The notes under the pieces: generated by a model | Seen by the model: the letters and a program-made list of their open reading frames with translations, nothing else | Database searches by the model: none | What the model was told of the DNA's origin: nothing | Part shown: one piece after another, positions 57,940-64,000 of the stretch | Numbering within the stretch: the stretch's first letter is position 1 | How the letters are laid out: each line of letters begins with the position of its first letter | Assembly (NCBI GenBank): GCA_963706575.1 | Contig: CAVPNL010000018.1 | Location: 143,732 to 207,731, forward strand | Reading direction: 5' to 3' | Source: an uncultured delta proteobacterium | Lineage (GTDB): Bacteria > Desulfobacterota > Desulfobacteria > Desulfobacterales > JAHEIW01 | DNA length: 64,000 nt | Translations under genes and position numbers: made by a program

Positions 57940-58806
57940 ATGGGAAAAATATTCGAAGCGCTTAAACGATCCGGCGATGTTATTGGCGAAAAAAATTTCA
58001 CAAAAAGAACCTTGAATAAAAATGCATTAACACCATTGGAAAAAAGACTGCTTCGACGAGCCGGTCGTCATTATGAACAAAAAAATGCCCCCATATCATC
58101 GTTAGGTCAAAATCAACAAATACCATCATCAAAGAAAATAGATTCTTTACTAATGGATCTTGGATTAAGTAAAGCGCATATCTCACAGCAAACCATAAAA
58201 GAATTAAACCAGAGTCTAAGTCGGATTGATGATTACATTGCGCGGCCGAAATCTTTTTTGAAGCAAAACTTCAGGGATACCGTTAATTCAGAAACAGACT
58301 TCAAACTATACATTTTACCGGTTCTTTTAGAGCGCAGGAGGTTAGTACTGGAAAACTATGATGAACTTGTAGGCAGAATTAAAAATTATGATCTGAGACT
58401 CTTGATCAAAAGAATTTCTGATACTGATGTAAAATCTTCTATAGATAAAATCCTTAATGATTTGCAAAAAAAGAATTTAATTTTAAAAAAGGAGTATCAG
58501 AAAATAGAAAAAGCTCGCCAGGATATTTATTTTGAACAGCAAAAATTTTCATCGATGCGCAAAGAATCGAGTGAAAACACAAATAAAACTTCAACATTTT
58601 TCCATGCCAGAGAATCTGTCGTCACATGGATAATGGGCACATTGCTGATATTGATAGCACTTGTAATAGCCATTGCGCCATACGCGAATACACCAGTGCC
58701 GGATATTTTAATCAGTACCTTTCTTATAATTTTAGGATTTTTCTTTGGCCATGGTATTGGAAGATTCGCGAGTTTTAGAGAAACAAAAAAATTGAATGAT
58801 TTTTGA
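57940..58806 (+). CDS. Hypothetical coiled-coil protein with two C-terminal TM helices
   Basis: GAGG RBS, starts MGKIFEALKRS; ends ..ILGFFFG. Confidence 0.75.
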   Translation: MGKIFEALKRSGDVIGEKNFTKRTLNKNALTPLEKRLLRRAGRHYEQKNAPISSLGQNQQIPSSKKIDSLLMDLGLSKAHISQQTIKELNQSLSRIDDYIARPKSFLKQNFRDTVNSETDFKLYILPVLLERRRLVLENYDELVGRIKNYDLRLLIKRISDTDVKSSIDKILNDLQKKNLILKKEYQKIEKARQDIYFEQQKFSSMRKESSENTNKTSTFFHARESVVTWIMGTLLILIALVIAIAPYANTPVPDILISTFLIILGFFFGHGIGRFASFRETKKLNDF

Positions 58807-60165
58807 AGTCCATCAGGCCGGCACTTAAGGTACCTTACTATGAGCTGTGAGCTTTGATAGCTTCCCAGCCTCCAGGCCTTTTATCCTTTAGCCTATAGCC
58901 TTTCGCCTTTATCCTTTGACCTTTCGGCTTTGAGCTATCAGCTATGAGCCATGAGCAATTAAAGCCTCCCGGCATCCAGACTTTTTGAATTTTAAATTTT
59001 CGTGCTTTTAAACTTTCGTGCTTTCGTGATAATTTTTTAAGCTTTCCAGCCTACCAGCCTTCGAGCCTCCCAGCCTACGACCCTGAACCAAATTTATTTT
59101 CCCTGACAGCAATTCATTAATTTGCAAAAAATTCATTAATTGCGGCTCGACTTCTAAATGCCGCGGATCCACGTTATTTGAGGCTTTACGCGAATATTTG
59201 TCGCCCTTTCATTTTCAACATTTCTGTAAATTATTGAATGATCGGGCTGTACAAAAAATGTTAACAAAATTCTAGTAAAATTTTGCAATTTTTCTATTGA
59301 CATTCGCTTTTATATTAATATATTATGCCATCACTTGAAATGGACTTCAACATTCGATCAGAAATATTCAATCGATTTTCGATCTCAGCTCTTTTGCAAA
59401 GAGGTATCCTTTTTTTTAAGCTGAACCGCTTCTCGCCGTCAACCGAGGTTCTCTTGTCACTGAGTTTCTCTTTTAGAAACGGTTTGTTGCCCCCCTGAAA
59501 AATTAACTATCACCTGGAGTATCTTTTATGTAAAGATCACTGGAAATATTGCCTCCTTGCCTTCGAAGCGTAAATTACCATTTTTACAGATATTGAGAAC
59601 GACTCTTCGCCGACCGCAATGTCTGTAAAGGCCACGATGTAATGCACTGCCATCAGTAATTAGAAACTGCACCAATCAGGGCAAGGTAATCAGAGCGCTG
59701 TAACAGGGGACAGGTTCTGATTCAGCGTCTGGTTTTGGGTTATAAAGTTCACAGGCCTTTGCCGGATGTGAAATGAACTACATAATTATTGGATAATGTT
59801 TTACATAATTTCAATTGCGATCTTGATACATCAAAAATAAGTATTTGTAATTTTTAACAAATATTATTTGTTCGTTAACACGGTAATCGTGCACGGTTTT
59901 TGCATTTAGCATAAGGAGATATACTTTTCCTTTTTACTAAATTTCTAGGGGGGACTCCCGGTCCGACCGCTGGCTCCCATCTTTACAACCACACATCTAC
60001 ATTTATATTAGGCTCATTTTTTCGCGATCTTTACAAATTTTAGGGTATATTGAGTGTCCCATTTATATCCGTTTACAATACCTCTTGTAAGCTCGAGAGG
60101 TATTCATGTAGTTAACTACATAACCACATAAAAAGGCTTAACAGCCGTACAGAAAGGAGGTTACA

Positions 60166-60890
60166 ATGAGAAAGTTTTCAGTATTTTTATTGGCTCTGCC
60201 ATTAATCTTATTCACATCCGGAATGGCCGGTGCCCTGACTCTTCAGGCAGTCGACGGTGACTGGGACAACGTTGTAGGTGGAATCAAATATTAACTACGA
60301 CGATGGTGTTCCTATTGCATATGGCAACGGCTTAGAAGATCAAGTCTATTGGGGAGTTGGCATCCCGAATGAAGAGATTCAGAGCGGGTTGGGGTTCACA
60401 GGGGTAGTCGGTCTATCCGACCGCTTCTATTACAATTAATCCCGGGGATGTATTCGAGGTAGGGCAATTACAGCATTTTAATAATGTAATTACGCTTCCT
60501 TCAGCAGCTTCAGCTGTAGACCTCACAATTGATTTGGACTTTGCTTTAGGTATGGGTTCGTTCACGTTCGACTTTTTTAATCGATGAAACTCCGAATGCT
60601 CCGGGACCACCTGATAGTGATGACATCATTACTTTCCCCGCGTCAATTCCGGATGAAACAATTGATCTCGGAGGAACCTTTTATACCCTGGAGCTGTTAG
60701 GGTTTGGACCTGACTTCTGATAGTTTTGATCGACGCTTTTGTATCCCCGGAAGGAGGCACAAATACACACTTCTATGGGCACAGATTACAGAGGCACCGG
60801 CTGTACCCGAACCAGCTACCTTACTTCTTGTGGGCTCCGGTCTCCTTGGTCTGGCAGGTTATAGGCCGCAAGAAATTGTTTAAGAAATAG
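60166..60890 (+). pseudogene. PEP-CTERM protein (THxN / choice-of-anchor-K-like) with several frameshifts, likely assembly errors
   Basis: AAGGAGG RBS, signal peptide MRKFSVFLL..AGA, WG..SGLGF, QHFNNVI, IDETPN..DDII, VPEPATLLLVGSGLLGLAG..RKK. Confidence 0.85.
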
Positions 60891-60902
60891 TTTTTAAGTT
60901 AA

Positions 60903-60946
60903 TAAAAAAAATAGGCAGGGCCAATTGGCTCTGCCTATTTTTTATT
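60903..60946. terminator. Bidirectional intrinsic terminator
   Basis: A-run ATAGGCAGGGCC aatt GGCTCTGCCTAT T-run between convergent genes. Confidence 0.8.
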
Positions 60947-61194
60947 AATGATTCTGAAGAGATACAGCCTTATTTAATCGCGACGTGAGACTTCAGCCCT
61001 TTGGCGGCAAGTGAAGCACTGTATTCAGTTGTTTAAAAAAGTCTCTCACAAATATCAACAATAATGCTGTCAGTTAAATTTTAATCTCAATTTACCTTGC
61101 TATTCGAGCATTATTGACGTGAAGCCTAATTCCCCCATACACCCCTTAAGAGCCAGGGGCGGCCTCGATCCTTTGTTAATCGGTTCTGTGAATG

Positions 61195-61867
61195 TTATTC
61201 AAAATGTTTAAAGATTTTGTTGGGAGATCCGGGCAATTTTTTGTCTGAATATCCAAGCCCTTTCAGCAATTTATCTACTTCTGAACGAGATCCTTCAATA
61301 ATAAGTACAGGCTTATCACGCTCTAAAAGGTTTGCCATGCCTTTTATGACTTCGAATTCATGGCCTTCTACATCAATTTTAATCAAGCTTACGGGATGAG
61401 AAATATCTAATGAATCAATCGTGAGACAAAAAACCCTCAGGTTGAAGTTCTGATTGGATAAATGGGCCGCATAATAATTATTTGACCCGGTCTGGAATTT
61501 GGGTATTTTTATTCCACGGCAAGCTGAGCAATTAGAAACAGCGGCATTTATCAGGGTGACATTTTTAAGCGGGAAACGCATAGAGTTTCGAGGCTAACAA
61601 ATCAAAGGTCGCCGGCACCGGTTCAAAAGCAATGACCCGACCATCAGGTCCAACAAGTTTTGAAAATCTCATTGTATAATGTCCAATGTTCGCACCTATA
61701 TCCAAAACCCAGTCATCAGGTGAAATATATTTATCAAGTATTTTGTAATCTGCCTCCTCTGATTTAAAATGGTCAAAGTGAATCTGAGCCCCAAAATACA
61801 TACGTTTTAGCGCTTGCTGGAATGAAGGCGGTAATCTTGCTGCTATTTTTTTGAGCGTCGTAATCAT
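61195..61867 (-). pseudogene. FkbM family methyltransferase split by one frameshift near 61580
   Basis: VLDIGANIG, VIAFEP in one frame; NAAVS, IKIDVEGHE, PVLIIE in the next. Confidence 0.85.
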
Positions 61868-62235
61868 TTTTGCCCCATTTTTGCGATATGAGAAGAAATT
61901 TTAGCTTAATATTTTAAATTACATTAAAACAAAATATCTTATTGGCAAATTCTTTTTATTTAATACTGCATTTGTCGGATGTCTAAAATAGTATATCGAC
62001 CGTTGTACAAAATCATACAATTTTGATTCGTTTTCGAGCAGTTATTAGAGATTGTTCTTTTTCCCGTTTCCAGGTACAGCGTGCTGCAATAAAAAAGCCA
62101 GATAACCGCTCCCAAGCAGCAATCCAGCTTCTTTTCATCACAGCTTTCAAGCTTTATTAGCATACCGCAATTCTGTCTTTCAAGCCTCCAGACCCATTTC
62201 ATTTCTGTATTTCAAAATTCAACATAGTAATCAAT

Positions 62236-63440
62236 TTACTGCGGTAAGCCTCCATTGTAAAAGCTAGATATTTTCAAACCCTTAGGGGGCTCAATCTCAT
62301 CATCTCCTCCACTACTTGGGGGAGATGGTCTAATATATCCTCCATCGCCAAAAACAATTGGATAGCCTTGGTTATTCACGTTACCTTCTTCATCAACTAC
62401 ATAAAGATAAACCATATCGCCGATGTTGAATGAGCCTTGGTTAACCTGTATTTTAATTGACTTTTCAGACCATGCAGTGGGTATCTGCAATTCTTTATGA
62501 ATCCGCTTGGTTTCAAGCCAGGTTGGGCTCTTACTAATTTCAACTCTTGCTTGGGTGAAATCGACGTACATGTCATCAACGTACTGCATCCATGCATGAG
62601 AATCCGAACCCTCAAATTGGTATCCTAGAAAAGTAAATTTCGTGAACGGTAATGGGCTCTTTCCTAACCACTCGATTCACAATATGTATCATTCCGTAGA
62701 AGCTGACCATCAACATACCACCTGTGAATTTTTTGGCCTCTGGGTTTACTTATATCCACATAGATATCGAAACGGTGCCATTCACCTTCGGGGCTATAAA
62801 ATGATAATGGTTCTAAATTTTTCCCAAGAATTCCCTCTTCAGTATTTAATCTAAGTTTGATAGCCGGTGCTGTGACACTGTAATAGGTTTTGGGTTGATC
62901 TTTCAGTGGCGACAGCATTAAAAATTTTGTTTGATCAAATTCTCCTTGATAACTAATATTTTTTTGGAACCCTGGCGGGAACATAAACCAACCTGAAATA
63001 AATGCAATATTTTGGCCTGATGAATTGTAACCCAAGCCATACATCTTGCTATCAGTTTTTGTTTCACCAAATACATTAGTATACGTTCGGCTGCTTCTCC
63101 ATCGATACCCTCTTGCACAGAAATTGCTGTTATTCCTCTGAGACTTTGGATCGGATACTAATTCTGGTCCTGTATTTGCACTTAATATGGATTTATTTGC
63201 CTTTCCTGCCTCCAGATTTTCCCATGCCGCCACAACGTATTCCTTTTCTTTATTATTATCTGGATGATTTCCAAAATTTGAGCCTGTAATAATAACTGTT
63301 TCACCGTTTATGAATAAGCCCGTAGCATCAGTTATTGATGGTTGGGCAAATGCAGTTTTGCATAGAAAAATAAATACAAAAAGGCTAATAGAAAAGCGAA
63401 AAATGTGCCTGGATGATATTTGCATTTTTTGAAACCTCAA
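62236..63440 (-). pseudogene. Secreted hypothetical protein (IPT-like start, beta-rich body) split by a frameshift near 62665
   Basis: Signal ..TAFA-QPSI..IITGSNFG; continues LGKSPLPFTKFTFLGYQ..YVDDMYVDFTQARVEI..QIPTAWS..PPKGLKI. Confidence 0.7.
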
Positions 63441-63544
63441 TCTTATGATTAAAAATCATTATTTAGCCATTATAACAATATTAGGACCAATTATTTGCAA
63501 TATTTAAACCAAAATTGGCAATTTTGATCTTTTTAAACATAACG

Positions 63545-64000
63545 TTATCCACCAAATTTTTTTTTAAATTTAGAAGCGTTATTTTGCCAGGTATTTTCAA
63601 TTTCATTTTTCAATTCTGAGACATCTTTCGATAGATTATCAATCTCTGCAACTGCGACATTCATCGCCTTTGCGATGCTTTTGGAATTATTATCAGTGTA
63701 TAGTACACCTTTATAAAAAAATTGTTTTAATGCATCGGTTTTCGATAAAATCATGGGCCTTTCAACAGCCAGTGCCTCATACGCTCCGCAAACAAGACAA
63801 TTTTCACGTTTAGTTAAATCAATAATGACATCAGATGAATACAGAAAATTCCAGAGTAATCAGGATCATTTAAAAAATCTGTGAATATCACATTCTTTGG
63901 TAATTTTTCAAAAGTACTTTTTGCGCACTTCTTGAGTCTCCCAGTAATATAAACAAAAACATGAGGAATTAAAATATTTTGCGGCGCTTATCACCTCTTT
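63545..64000 (-). CDS. 3' part of a GT-B (family 4-like) glycosyltransferase, truncated by the window edge and frameshifted
   Basis: DVIIDLTKRENCLVCGAYEALAVERPMILS motif. Confidence 0.75.

Noticed and set aside
59320..59760. Possible gene remnant in the long spacer
   Set aside because: Short broken frames on both strands with no motif I can recognise
61960..62202. 80-aa ORF between the FkbM and secreted-protein genes
   Set aside because: No RBS or recognisable motif; overlaps an 8-nt repeat remnant

Overview
Chromosomal window from a probable Desulfobacterales-type deltaproteobacterium (inferred from gene style, not tested). The left half (1-30 kb) is mostly housekeeping: ABC-F ATPase, TPP-riboswitch-controlled CytX-like permease, an unusual ECF-like module with a split ATPase, gdhA, a GAF-GAF-GGDEF cyclase, tRNA-Leu-tig-clpP-clpX-lon-tRNA-Val-tRNA-Asp, an amidase, tRNA-Pro, an SF2 helicase and Fe-S/hydrolase genes. 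The right half (29-64 kb) looks like a sigma54- and c-di-GMP-controlled cell-surface/matrix locus. It has four secreted proteins ending in a short CFI-x-(T/A) + TM + basic tail, two of which share a ~300-aa domain I do not recognise. It also has a stand-alone subtilase-prodomain lipoprotein, an NtrC-type activator, galE, a sat-cysC fusion with an altered active site, a c-di-GMP-I riboswitch, PilZ genes, a DRR-repeat mini-protein, two ExeA-OmpA ATPases, an AMIN lipoprotein, a PEP-CTERM gene and the end of a glycosylation cluster. A mazEF-like TA pair sits in the middle. Most intergenic spaces hold palindromes built from 7-10 nt tandem units and CTAG/TA-ended MITE-like elements, often nested. 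Many single-base frameshifts from ~41.6 kb onward are probably assembly errors. All family assignments come from motif recognition by eye; no searches were run.
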